Assembly: GCA_029098125.1 (NCBI GenBank)
Contig: JAQXNS010000065.1
Span: forward strand, 1-44,504
Direction of reading: 5' to 3'
Origin: a bacterium
Lineage (GTDB): Bacteria > Bacillota_I > Bacilli_A > RFN20 > CAG-826
Length of the DNA: 44,504 nt
The notes beneath the pieces are model-generated. The model had not been told where the DNA came from, did not search any database, and worked only from the letters and a program-made list of their open reading frames with translations. Every line of letters begins with the position of its first letter. Positions within the stretch are counted from its first letter, which is position 1. The position numbers and the translations under genes were made by a program. Positions 28,201 to 35,996 of the stretch are shown piece after piece.

Positions 28201-29601
28201 CTTGGAGCTGATAAAGTTTATCGTGCAGGAACTATTTCAACTGTTCAATTTAAAACTGCATATGGTTATGCAAGAAAATATTTTGAAAAAATGAAAGTCG
28301 ACCCTGACAAAATAAAACCAGCAGTTTTAGCTGAACTTGCTTATGGATGTCAAGAAGTTAAAAGAACTACAGGGCAACATCCAGGTGGTATTGTCGTTAT
28401 TCCTACTGAGTATGATGTTTATGATTTTACACCTGTTCAATATCCAGCTGGTAATGTTGAAGCTGCGTGGAAAACAACTCATTTTGATTTCCATTCAATT
28501 CATGACACTATTTTAAAACTAGATATGCTTGGACATGTTGATCCTCAAGCTTTAAAAATGATGAACGATTTGTCTAAATTTAGTTTGTACAAAATCCCTT
28601 TTAACGACAAAAATGTTATTTCTTTATTTTCAACCGATAAAGCACTTAAACTTGAACACAAATATATGCCGGAAGACAATGGAGCTTTAGGATTACCAGA
28701 ATTTGGTACACCTTTTGTCAGACAAATGTTAAGAGAAACATTACCTAAGTCATTCTCAGATTTATTGATTATTTCAGGTTTATCGCATGGTACAGACGTT
28801 TGGAATAATAATGCACAAAATTTGATTCAAAAGAACATTACAAATTTACGTGGTGTTATTGGATGTCGTGATGATATTATGACTTATTTAATTTCTCATA
28901 ATATCGATGGACATGAAGCATTTGTTATCATGGAAGCAGTTAGAAAAGGTAAACAACTAAAACCTGAATGGGAAGCTCTTATGAGAGAACATAATGTTCC
29001 TGATTATTACATCGATTCATGTAATAAAATTAAATACTTGTTCCCTAAAGGACATGCTTGTGCTTATGTTATGATGGCTTTAAGGGTTGGTTATTACAAA
29101 ATTTATTATCCTTTAGAGTTTTATGCAACATTCTTCACTTTAAGATGTGAGCAATATGACATTGAATCTATGCTTAAAGGTAGTGAGGGAATTTTTAATA
29201 AATTACAAGAATATTCAAATAGAAGAAAGTCTAACAATCCTGAGAAAGCTTTAAGTCCAAAAGAAGAAGAAATTGAAAAAACACTTCAAGTTGCTCTAGA
29301 AATGACTGAAAGAGGATATAAATTTGTAAATATTGATATCGAAAAGAGCGATGCAACTAATTTTATAGTTGATAAAGAAAGAAAAGCGTTGATTCCTCCA
29401 TTTAAAGTATTAGATGGCTTTGGTGAAAAAGGTGGAGAAGCTTTAATTCAAGCGAGAAACGAAAAACCATTTATATCTCAAGAAGATCTTCTTCAAAGAG
29501 GAAAAATTTCAAAAACTAATCTAAAACAACTAAAGGAATTAGGTGTTTTAGATTCGTTAACTGAATCAAATCAACTTTCCTTATTTGATTTTATGATATA
29601 A
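25228..29601 (+). CDS. polC: DNA polymerase III PolC-type alpha subunit
   Basis: 1457 aa. PHP domain (HLHSKMSEMDA), inserted DEDD exonuclease (FDLESTGL ... HRADYDA), zinc module CPHC...CPEC and a polymerase core. Confidence 0.97.
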   Translation: MLDRMIRFLHSIGIDDYENYDLDFDKITKSQFFDNGFSFVIKKDSPWNPYQADHFISGLNKLKYQYEILFIYNCDFDEKSLNELIVWWYFNNVRKELKANFSFTNNQIKYIFQNELENLEFSKNIEDLQDFLNFLNYPISVSCELKQEKNEENYVLDDSKFDIKKIEEEAEVEALNSLKETYENRVFDERQKLLFKKGDYQHVDISEIDSNSGNIEFQGFIFECTIKDTRKGGKIASVGVGKKGHPDAIYVTFISNEKNLKKDDFESLNAIGKNICVKGKADLDRFKRNLYVMGHYFEILPDDEPRKDLSNEKRVELHLHSKMSEMDAVSTISDYCKLAKSMGHKAIAITDHGVAQAFPEAQQAAKKYGIKMLYGSEVYMIEDYFTGCLNPSNARISDATYVCFDLESTGLSIKYDRITEFGAVKIQNGLVVDRLDILINPEIEIPKHIQEKTHITTEMVKNQPPIRDVMNQILDFIKGTIIVSHNIEFDYGMLNEAMEREGFGSLNMPAIDTLAISRYVFPENRGHTLGHLCKRLEIMYDTKSAHRADYDAEVLANCWMSLRTSFIKKDPNIMHKDLEKLEIPNSSLKYLRSSHVVLIAKNHEGLKDLYKIISYAHCDTMGSQPLVPRHLISEYRKNLFVGSACFNGEVFYSSTNRSMKKLHEAVKFYDYIEIQPLENYSYLINMNEIPSEKMLKQYIKDIISVAEMENKLICATGDCHYLNPEDKIYRDVYISNQAVGGVNHPLMPFSRSNRQVEDNYFFENPDQHFRSTDEMLDCFRWLGEEKAYEYVIKNTNIIADGCEVIIPIPENKLFTPTIENCENLLRDLCFNTANNLYGDIKNSDDKAKKFIYERLETELDGIISNGYSVIYYIAHKLVKKSNEDGFIIGSRGSVGSSFAATMAGITEVNPLPPHYRCPHCKKVIFYEGNDITSGFDLPDMLCPECGEKMITDGQNIPFQTFLGFKAEKVPDIDLNFPTDYQAKAHLYTKVLLGADKVYRAGTISTVQFKTAYGYARKYFEKMKVDPDKIKPAVLAELAYGCQEVKRTTGQHPGGIVVIPTEYDVYDFTPVQYPAGNVEAAWKTTHFDFHSIHDTILKLDMLGHVDPQALKMMNDLSKFSLYKIPFNDKNVISLFSTDKALKLEHKYMPEDNGALGLPEFGTPFVRQMLRETLPKSFSDLLIISGLSHGTDVWNNNAQNLIQKNITNLRGVIGCRDDIMTYLISHNIDGHEAFVIMEAVRKGKQLKPEWEALMREHNVPDYYIDSCNKIKYLFPKGHACAYVMMALRVGYYKIYYPLEFYATFFTLRCEQYDIESMLKGSEGIFNKLQEYSNRRKSNNPEKALSPKEEEIEKTLQVALEMTERGYKFVNIDIEKSDATNFIVDKERKALIPPFKVLDGFGEKGGEALIQARNEKPFISQEDLLQRGKISKTNLKQLKELGVLDSLTESNQLSLFDFMI

Positions 29602-29610
29602 TAAACATAT

Positions 29611-29687
29611 GTCCTCGTAGCGTAATTGGATAACGCAATCGCCTCCTAAGCGATAGATTACGAATTCGAGTTTCGTCGAGGACGCCA
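29611..29687 (+). tRNA. tRNA-Arg (anticodon CCU)
   Basis: Cloverleaf: acceptor GTCCTCG/CGAGGAC, D stem GCGT/ACGC, anticodon stem ATCGC/GCGAT with loop CTCCTAA, T arm ACGAA-TTCGAGT-TTCGT, encoded CCA. It starts 9 nt after the polC stop. Confidence 0.95.
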
Positions 29688-29703
29688 TTTATTTAATTCT
29701 CTA

Positions 29704-29732
29704 TTGAAAAATAGGGTTTTATTTTGTACTAT
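29704..29732 (+). promoter_or_regulatory. candidate promoter TTGAAA-N17-TACTAT driving the downstream GC-rich RNA
   Basis: TTGAAA at 29704-29709, 17-nt spacer, TACTAT at 29727-29732. It overlaps a weak CTATT-GAAA-AATAG hairpin that may terminate the tRNA transcript. Confidence 0.45.
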
Positions 29733-29738
29733 GTAGAT

Positions 29739-29833
29739 GGTTGGGGATATGGAGAATATACCCTCCGCTTAGTCGGAATGGAGACCTTAAACCCATTCGC
29801 TTAGTGGTGGCGCACCTTAAAACGCTTTTTTTT
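29739..29833 (+). ncRNA. candidate structured small RNA or cis-leader, unclassified
   Basis: A GC-rich island in AT-rich DNA, bounded by the promoter above and a T8 run (29826-29833). Hairpins at 29743-29763, 29776-29798 and 29806-29816. Internal degenerate ~30-nt modules: CGCTTAGT twice, ACCTTAAA twice, ATGGAGA twice. Confidence 0.45.
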
Positions 29834-29838
29834 ATACC

Positions 29839-30348
29839 ATGGAAAACTATAAAGAATCTTGTCGTTTACTATTGCATAAAGTTGCTAAAAAATATAAAAA
29901 ATTGCTCGGTAAGGATTTTATAATTGAATCTAAAGATTTCAAGAATAGGGAAAGATATATTTTGAGATTTTATGAAGGAAACTTCTTACATTTGACCGGA
30001 GTAAAAACTAATATCAAACCTTCTATTTTCTTTGAAAAAGCTCTAACTAACCAACTAACAATTGATGATTTCGATTGTGATTCAACAAAAGAAATTAAAG
30101 GCTATACTAAAGAAAAAATTCCTCATCTATTAGATATTGACATATTTTTTAGTAAAAATTTAGAAATTCAAGAGAATTACACAAGAGGAAAGGTGTTTTG
30201 TTTGATTGCCGCTAGCGGAGGAAATTTTACACTTGGTTTTACAGGAGGCAGTGGCGCTCTTAATCCGATGACTTTATTAAACAGAAACACAATAAATCAT
30301 GATAAATCGACAAATAATTATTCGATTACGATTTTAAAACGTATGTAA
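29839..30348 (+). CDS. hypothetical 169-aa protein; possible BECR-fold (PBECR-like) RNase toxin
   Basis: Long ORF in an otherwise non-coding tRNA-adjacent gap, with no SD. The motif YILRFYEGNFLHLTGV resembles, from my recollection only, phage Barnase-EndoU-ColicinE5/D-RelE-like nuclease domains. The functional call is tentative. Confidence 0.45.
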   Translation: MENYKESCRLLLHKVAKKYKKLLGKDFIIESKDFKNRERYILRFYEGNFLHLTGVKTNIKPSIFFEKALTNQLTIDDFDCDSTKEIKGYTKEKIPHLLDIDIFFSKNLEIQENYTRGKVFCLIAASGGNFTLGFTGGSGALNPMTLLNRNTINHDKSTNNYSITILKRM

Positions 30349-30440
30349 TCGCATAATAAATGTTTAATTCTAAGTTTATTAATTCCTTTACAAATTTCTT
30401 ATTGACTATTCACTACGTTACACCAAGACCTGTTGTTATG

Positions 30441-30473
30441 AAGTATTGGTAATAAATATCAGTACTTTTTTTC
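30441..30473 (+). terminator. terminator after the 169-aa ORF
   Basis: AAGTATTG ... CAGTACTT 8-bp stem (one G-U pair) with an 11-nt loop, followed by TTTTTTT. Confidence 0.55.
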
Positions 30474-30501
30474 TTTATTTCAATAATAAATGATTTTTTT
30501 A

Positions 30502-30529
30502 TTTACATATTCAATTATCTCAGTATAAT
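30502..30529 (+). promoter_or_regulatory. sigma-A promoter for the MFS transporter gene (TTTACA-N16-TATAAT)
   Basis: TTTACA at 30502-30507 and TATAAT at 30524-30529, 17 nt upstream of the ATG at 30546. Confidence 0.6.
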
Positions 30530-30545
30530 TTCAGCAGGTATTCTT

Positions 30546-31736
30546 ATGTCGGTTATTTTATTGCTTATTATTTACTTGATATTTATTTCTCTTGGTCTAC
30601 CTGATTCATTAATCGGCTCGAGTTGGCCTGCTATTTCTCAATCTTTAAATGTGAGCGAATCTGCACAAGGAATAATTTCTTTTGTTTCAGCTGTTTGCAC
30701 GGTAATTTCATCATTTTCAACTGGGCAAATTCTTAAGAAGATAAGTGAAAAATGGGTTGTTATTGGCTCGATTTTTTTAACTTGTATTGGACTTGTTTGT
30801 TTGTCTTTTTCTTCAAATTTTATTTTTCTTGTTTTATCGATGATTCCTCTTGGTTTTGGTGGAGGAGCAATTGATACAACTTTAAATAATTATGTTGCTT
30901 TAAATTATAAAGCAATTCATTTGAATTGGCTTCATGCCTTTTGGGCAATAGGTGCTTCAACTTCTCCATTGATTCTTAGTATATTTTTGAGTGATATTAA
31001 TGGTTGGAGAAGTGGTGCTCTTGTACTAGCTGCAATTCAATTCTCTATCTTTGTGATAGCTTTCTGTTCAATTAGTTTATGGAAAGTGGTTGAAAAAAAT
31101 AATTTAAATAGAGAAGAAGAAACGAACAACTTATCTTTTTTAAAATCATTTAAAATTAGAGGTGTAGCGTTTGCTTTAATTGCTTTTTTCGCCTACATCG
31201 CTCTTGAATCAATTGCTGGAGTCTGGTTTTCTTCAATGATGGTTTTTGGCTTAAAGATTAGTGAAGACTTAGCAAGCAGTTATACATCAATGTTTTACAT
31301 TGGAATCATGATTGGGCGATTGATTTCTGGCGTAGTTTCATTAAAAATTTCTGATAAAAATATGATTAGAATAGGCGAAAGCATTCTTTTTATTGGTACA
31401 ATTATTTTAATGATGAATTTTTCCATTATTTTAATGCCAATTGGTCTTTTTATTATTGGATTAGGATGTGGGCCAATTTATCCATCAATTGTTCATGCAA
31501 CACCTATTAGATTTACTAAAAAATTATCTAAAGACGTTATGGCTATACAAACGGGATGTGCTTATATTGCTAATTTTACCGCCCTACCTTTATTTGGTGT
31601 AGTTGCAAAAAGTACAAGTTTTTTAATTTTACCTTATGTTATTCTTGCCTTTTTTATTCTTCTTGCACTATGTAATGAGTTAGTCTTAATTAAAACAAAA
31701 GATAAAGAAAAAGTATTGGAGATTTTGAGAAAATAA
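30546..31736 (+). CDS. MFS-type transporter
   Basis: 396 aa with about 12 hydrophobic segments in two halves of 6 TMs, separated by a charged loop (NREEETNN). Substrate unknown. Confidence 0.75.
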   Translation: MSVILLLIIYLIFISLGLPDSLIGSSWPAISQSLNVSESAQGIISFVSAVCTVISSFSTGQILKKISEKWVVIGSIFLTCIGLVCLSFSSNFIFLVLSMIPLGFGGGAIDTTLNNYVALNYKAIHLNWLHAFWAIGASTSPLILSIFLSDINGWRSGALVLAAIQFSIFVIAFCSISLWKVVEKNNLNREEETNNLSFLKSFKIRGVAFALIAFFAYIALESIAGVWFSSMMVFGLKISEDLASSYTSMFYIGIMIGRLISGVVSLKISDKNMIRIGESILFIGTIILMMNFSIILMPIGLFIIGLGCGPIYPSIVHATPIRFTKKLSKDVMAIQTGCAYIANFTALPLFGVVAKSTSFLILPYVILAFFILLALCNELVLIKTKDKEKVLEILRK

Positions 31737-31739
31737 ATT

Positions 31740-32474
31740 ATGAAAATTATTATATCCCCTGCAAAGAAAATGAAAGAATCTGAATTTTCTTTTAACATTG
31801 AAACTGTTCCACATTTCATTAGCGAAAGTAATCTTATTAGATCAAAACTAATGAGTTTTTCAACAGAGGATCTAAAAGAAGTATATACATGCTCTGATGC
31901 TATTGCAAAAAGTGCTTACTCATTTTTAAGAAAAACATATTCTGCACAGGCTTTATTAGCTTATGATGGGATACAATATAAATATTTATCTGCAAATACG
32001 TTAAAACAAGAAGAATTAGATTATCTATCTAATAATCTATTTATTTTGAGTGCTTTATACGGAGCACTGAAACCAACTGATTTAATAAATTTTTATCGTC
32101 TAGAATTAATAAATAATTTACTAATTGAGAATAAAAACTTATATGAATTTTGGTCTAATAAAGTAGCACAATATATTGCTTCTTCTAACGAAATTATCAT
32201 TAATTTATGTTCTAAGGAATATTCTAAATTAATAGAACCATTTGTAGACAAAAATAAATTTGTGACTGTTTATTTTTATGAACAAGCTGGTGATAACCTA
32301 GTTGAAAAAGGTGTCTACGCTAAAATGGCTAGGGGCGCTATGGTTAAATATTTAGCTCAAAATCAAATTTCTGACATTCAAGATATCAAAAATTTTAATG
32401 ATCTTGGATATAAGTTTGATGAAAAAATTTCAGATTTAAATAACTTAAGATTTGTTAGATTTTCTAACAAATAG
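31740..32474 (+). CDS. yaaA: YaaA-family peroxide stress protein (UPF0246/DUF328)
   Basis: MKIIISPAKKM N-terminus is the family hallmark; 244 aa. Confidence 0.85.
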   Translation: MKIIISPAKKMKESEFSFNIETVPHFISESNLIRSKLMSFSTEDLKEVYTCSDAIAKSAYSFLRKTYSAQALLAYDGIQYKYLSANTLKQEELDYLSNNLFILSALYGALKPTDLINFYRLELINNLLIENKNLYEFWSNKVAQYIASSNEIIINLCSKEYSKLIEPFVDKNKFVTVYFYEQAGDNLVEKGVYAKMARGAMVKYLAQNQISDIQDIKNFNDLGYKFDEKISDLNNLRFVRFSNK

Positions 32475-32494
32475 TTGAGTTTTGCAGGGTTTTT
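32473..32494 (+). repeat. copy 2 of the repeated motif (T-form AGTTGAGTTTTGCAGGGTTTTT), overlapping the yaaA stop codon
   Basis: Exact reverse complement of dxr 22586-22607. With its flank it shares 26/27 nt with copy 4 (consensus AAAAACCCYGCAAAACTCAACTATTT). Confidence 0.9.
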
Positions 32495-32565
32495 AAGAAA
32501 AAATATGTATTTTATTGATTTTAATATAGTAAATTAAAATCTGATAATATATAATAAATGAACTT

Positions 32566-32641
32566 GGGGCTTTAGCTCAGCTGGGAGAGCGCTTCCATGG
32601 CATGGAAGAGGTCACCGGTTCGAATCCGGCAAGCTCCACCA
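32566..32641 (+). tRNA. tRNA-Ala (anticodon GGC)
   Basis: Acceptor GGGGCTT/AAGCTCC with the G3:U70 Ala identity pair. Anticodon stem CTTCC/GGAAG with loop ATGGCAT, T loop GGTTCGAATCC, encoded CCA. Confidence 0.95.
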
Positions 32642-32655
32642 ATATACTTAGTCGT

Positions 32656-32690
32656 AGTCAATATGAAAATATTGGCTATTTTTATTTTTG
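32656..32690 (+). terminator. terminator after tRNA-Ala
   Basis: AGTCAATAT-GAAA-ATATTGGCT 9-bp stem followed by ATTTTTATTTTT. Confidence 0.75.
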
Positions 32691-32890
32691 ATATTCTTGT
32701 TTCCTTAACACGGCGCAAAATAAAAAAGAAAGTTGATAATAGATTTTTTAAAGTAATTTTAAATCGATAATCATCTCAAATTTTTACAATATTAAGATTA
32801 AATTATTATGGTATAAAGACTTTGTTAAATTCGTAAATGACTTTTTAAATGAGGTCGAATTACGAGTTCAAAAATTGTAAAATAATACAT

Positions 32891-34420
32891 ATGAGAGATG
32901 AAGTTTTAGTATTAGATTTTGGTAGTCAATATAATCAATTAATCGCAAGAAGAATTAGAGATTTAGGTGTATATTCTGAACTTGTAAGTTACGATATTGA
33001 TATCAAAAATGAAGTTAAAAATAAAAATATTGTTGGTATTATTTTATCAGGCGGACCAAATTCAGTTTATGATAAAGAATCGTTTAAAATTAGTGATGAA
33101 ATTTTCTCATTAGGAATACCAGTTCTTGGAATTTGCTATGGAATGCAACTGATTTCTTTTTTACTTGGTGGTGAGGTTAAATCTTCTAATGTTAAAGAGT
33201 ATGGAGGAAAAGAGATTGAAGTATTAGATAATTCCTCTCTTTTTAAAGGAACTCCAATTAACCAAATGGTTTGGATGTCGCATGGTGATAGTGTACATAA
33301 AATTCCAAACGGATTTAAAGCTATAGCAAAAACAAATGATTGTCCATTTGCTGCAATTGAAAATTCAGAAAGAAAAATTTATGGTTTACAATTTCATCCT
33401 GAAGTAAATAATTCTATTTTTGGTAAAAATATATTAGAAAATTTTGTTTTTAACATATGTAAAGCATCAAAATGCTGGTCAATGGATGCTTATGTCAATG
33501 AACAAGTTGAATCAATTAAACAAACTGTTGGAAATAAGAATGTTCTTTTAGGAATAAGTGGTGGAGTCGACTCAACTGTTGCAGCTGTTTTAATACATAA
33601 AGCAATTGGTAATCAGCTTACATGTATGTTCATCGATCATGGATTATTAAGGAAAAATGAAGCTGATATCGTAATGGAAAGATTTTCTCGTCACGGAATA
33701 AAAGTTATCAAAATAGATGCAAGTGAAAAATTTTTGTCATTACTTGAAGGCGTTAGTGAACCTGAAAAGAAGAGAAAAATTATTGGTAAGACATTTATTG
33801 ATGTTTTCAATGAAGAAAGTTCAAAAATTGGTTCTTTCGATTTCCTTGCTCAAGGAACACTTTATACAGATGTTATTGAAAGTGGTACAAAAACTGCTCA
33901 AACTATTAAATCCCACCATAATGTTGGTGGATTACCAAAAGAGATGCCATTTAAGTTGCTTGAACCTTTAAATAAATTATTTAAAGACGAAGTCAGAAAA
34001 TTAGGCAAAGTATTAAACATTGATGATGAATTAGTTTATCGCCAACCTTTTCCAGGACCTGGTTTAGCAATTAGGATTATTGGAGATATTACTGAAGATA
34101 AATTAAAGATTGTTCGTGAAACAGATTTTATATTGAGGGAAGAATTTAAAAAAGCCGGATTAGATAAAACTGTTTGGCAATACTTTACAGTTTTATTAAA
34201 TTCTAAATCTGTTGGTGTCATGGGAGATCAAAGAAGTTATATGTATAATGTAGCAATTAGAGCTGTTACATCAATTGATGGTATGACTGCTGATTATGCA
34301 AAAGTCCCTTACGAAGTTTTGGATGTTGTTTCAAGACGAATTGTTAATGAAGTTATTGGAGTAAATCGTGTTCTTTACGACGTAACTTCAAAACCTCCAG
34401 CCACTATTGAATTTGAATAA
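32891..34420 (+). CDS. guaA: GMP synthase (glutamine-hydrolysing)
   Basis: [19 protein letters not shown] GATase N-terminus, ICYGMQL nucleophile elbow, SGGVDS PP-loop and a conserved C-terminus (KPPATIEFE). I prefer the ATG at 32891 over 32849 by comparison with typical GuaA N-termini. Neither start has a clear RBS. Confidence 0.9.
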   Translation: MRDEVLVLDFGSQYNQLIARRIRDLGVYSELVSYDIDIKNEVKNKNIVGIILSGGPNSVYDKESFKISDEIFSLGIPVLGICYGMQLISFLLGGEVKSSNVKEYGGKEIEVLDNSSLFKGTPINQMVWMSHGDSVHKIPNGFKAIAKTNDCPFAAIENSERKIYGLQFHPEVNNSIFGKNILENFVFNICKASKCWSMDAYVNEQVESIKQTVGNKNVLLGISGGVDSTVAAVLIHKAIGNQLTCMFIDHGLLRKNEADIVMERFSRHGIKVIKIDASEKFLSLLEGVSEPEKKRKIIGKTFIDVFNEESSKIGSFDFLAQGTLYTDVIESGTKTAQTIKSHHNVGGLPKEMPFKLLEPLNKLFKDEVRKLGKVLNIDDELVYRQPFPGPGLAIRIIGDITEDKLKIVRETDFILREEFKKAGLDKTVWQYFTVLLNSKSVGVMGDQRSYMYNVAIRAVTSIDGMTADYAKVPYEVLDVVSRRIVNEVIGVNRVLYDVTSKPPATIEFE

Positions 34421-34424
34421 AAAT

Positions 34425-34447
34425 AAGTCCTCGAAAGAGGACTTTTT
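34425..34447. terminator. bidirectional-looking terminator between convergent guaA and xpt
   Basis: AGTCCTC-GAAA-GAGGACT perfect stem with an A-rich 5' flank and TTTTT 3' flank. Confidence 0.85.
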
Positions 34448-34458
34448 GAATAAAATAA

Positions 34459-34479
34459 TGAGGTTTTGCAAGGTTTTTT
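34459..34479 (+). repeat. copy 3 of the repeated motif (degenerate; TGAGGTTTTGCAAGGTTTTTT)
   Basis: Lies downstream of the guaA terminator and overlaps the xpt stop codon (34478-34480). It differs from the consensus by one inserted G and one G-to-A change. Confidence 0.65.
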
Positions 34480-35041
34480 AAAAAATTGGCTTGTTATCTT
34501 TAAATGCTAATATGTTTGCGCAAGAGTAAACTTTTATTCCTAGTTTTTCAATTTCGTTTCTTCCTTTTTGAAATCCTTTTTCAATTGCACATGCAAAACC
34601 AACGATTTCTGCTCCAGATTTTTTAATGAGTTCAATTAATCCAACACCTGCATTTCCAGCTGCAAGGAAATCATCAACGATTAATACTTTGTCATTAGGT
34701 GATAAATATTTTTTATCGATCCTAATTTCATAAACAAATCCTTTTGTGAAAGATTTTGCTTTTGCTGTATAGTTAGTATCACTTGTGATTTTGCTAGCTT
34801 GTTTTTTTGCAAAAACGAGAGGACAATTGTTCAAAGCTAAACATGTAGCATAAGCAATTGCAATGCCACTTGTTTCTATTGTTACAACTTTTGTTGCCAT
34901 TGGGAAGTGATTGGCGATATCTTTACCGATTTCATTAATTAAAGAAACATCAATTTGATGATTTAAAAAATTATCAACTTTGATTATTTCATTATTTAAA
35001 ATTATTCCATCGTTTAGAATTTTATCTTCTAAAAGTTTCAT
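34478..35041 (-). CDS. xpt: xanthine phosphoribosyltransferase
   Basis: MKLLEDKILNDGIIL..VDNFLNHQID N-terminus and VLIVDDFLAAGNA PRPP-binding loop; 187 aa. Confidence 0.9.
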   Translation of the reverse strand: MKLLEDKILNDGIILNNEIIKVDNFLNHQIDVSLINEIGKDIANHFPMATKVVTIETSGIAIAYATCLALNNCPLVFAKKQASKITSDTNYTAKAKSFTKGFVYEIRIDKKYLSPNDKVLIVDDFLAAGNAGVGLIELIKKSGAEIVGFACAIEKGFQKGRNEIEKLGIKVYSCANILAFKDNKPIF

Positions 35042-35042
35042 T

Positions 35043-35996
35043 TTATCTATCCTCTCTGAAATAAGTTATACCTAAAGAAGCTGGTCCTTGCATTTCTTTT
35101 TTATTAAATATACTAGTGATTGTTAAAACGATTATTGTTATTAAATAAGGAAGAGCAGTTGCTAGCTTTCCATATGTTCCAAAATTAAAATATGATGGAG
35201 CACAATAGAATAATGAGAAAAGGATTGAACCAACGATGCTAAGACTTGGATTCCACATTGCAAAAATTACTAAGGCAACAGCTAACCAACCATATGAAGA
35301 GATATCATACTCAAGTGCACCTTTAAAATGATTCATAAATAAAAATGTTCCACTTAATCCTGCAATCATAGCACCAACTATTATTGCTATATATCTATAA
35401 CGTGTGACATTAATTCCTGCTGCATCAGCAACACTAGGATTTTCTCCACATGCTCTTAAATTTAAGCCAATTCTTGTCTTTTTTAAGAAAATTGTACTGA
35501 AAATAGCAAGAAAAATTGCTAAATAGAAAAGAAATCCATAACTAAAAAATAATTTAGTAAAGTCATTTGCATTAAAAAAAGATTCTGGAAAAATGTGTTG
35601 AAAGTAATTGAAAGATATTACAGAGTAGCCTGGATTATCGCCAATTGTTGAAACGATAAAAGTATTAATTCCAACACCAAATGTTGTAAGAGTTAAACCT
35701 GTGACGTTTTGATTACATTTTAAACTAACTGTGAAAAATGCAAATATTAAGCCCCCGATTGCAGAACAGAGTAGTGCGAAGAAAATTATTGATAAATATG
35801 CTAAAAAGATATTATCAGCACCTGAATTTAAATAAATATTCGCACCTAATACAGATCCACAAAAGCCAAGACAAGCAATTCCTGGAATGCCCATATTTAA
35901 ATGGCCACTTTTTTCTGTAATTGATTCTCCAGTAGAGCCAAAGATAAATACAGCTGCGAGGTTAATTGACATTACAAAGAAATTAGTTATGTCCAT
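35043..35996 (-). CDS. ABC nucleoside/simple-sugar transporter permease (NupQ/RnsD-like)
   Basis: 317 aa polytopic membrane protein. Last permease of a BMP-lipoprotein ABC operon. Confidence 0.8.
   Translation of the reverse strand: MDITNFFVMSINLAAVFIFGSTGESITEKSGHLNMGIPGIACLGFCGSVLGANIYLNSGADNIFLAYLSIIFFALLCSAIGGLIFAFFTVSLKCNQNVTGLTLTTFGVGINTFIVSTIGDNPGYSVISFNYFQHIFPESFFNANDFTKLFFSYGFLFYLAIFLAIFSTIFLKKTRIGLNLRACGENPSVADAAGINVTRYRYIAIIVGAMIAGLSGTFLFMNHFKGALEYDISSYGWLAVALVIFAMWNPSLSIVGSILFSLFYCAPSYFNFGTYGKLATALPYLITIIVLTITSIFNKKEMQGPASLGITYFREDR

Noticed and set aside
29797-29816. AGTGGTGGCGCACC as a possible T-box antiterminator sequence
   Set aside because: It resembles the conserved T-box GGGTGGTACCGCG only loosely. 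There is no specifier loop, AG bulge or GNUGGA elements, and the downstream gene is not an aminoacyl-tRNA or amino-acid gene.
29741-29923. ORF 29741..29923 (60 aa, TTG start)
   Set aside because: It overlaps the GC-rich structured segment and the start of the 169-aa ORF in another frame. It crosses the T8 run and has no RBS.
32642-32890. Search for a purine riboswitch or other leader upstream of guaA
   Set aside because: No UAUAAU...GUUUCUAC...CCGUAAAU...ACUA pattern is present. Only an AT-rich spacer with a 6-bp AATTCG/CGAATT inverted repeat was found, which is insufficient to call anything.
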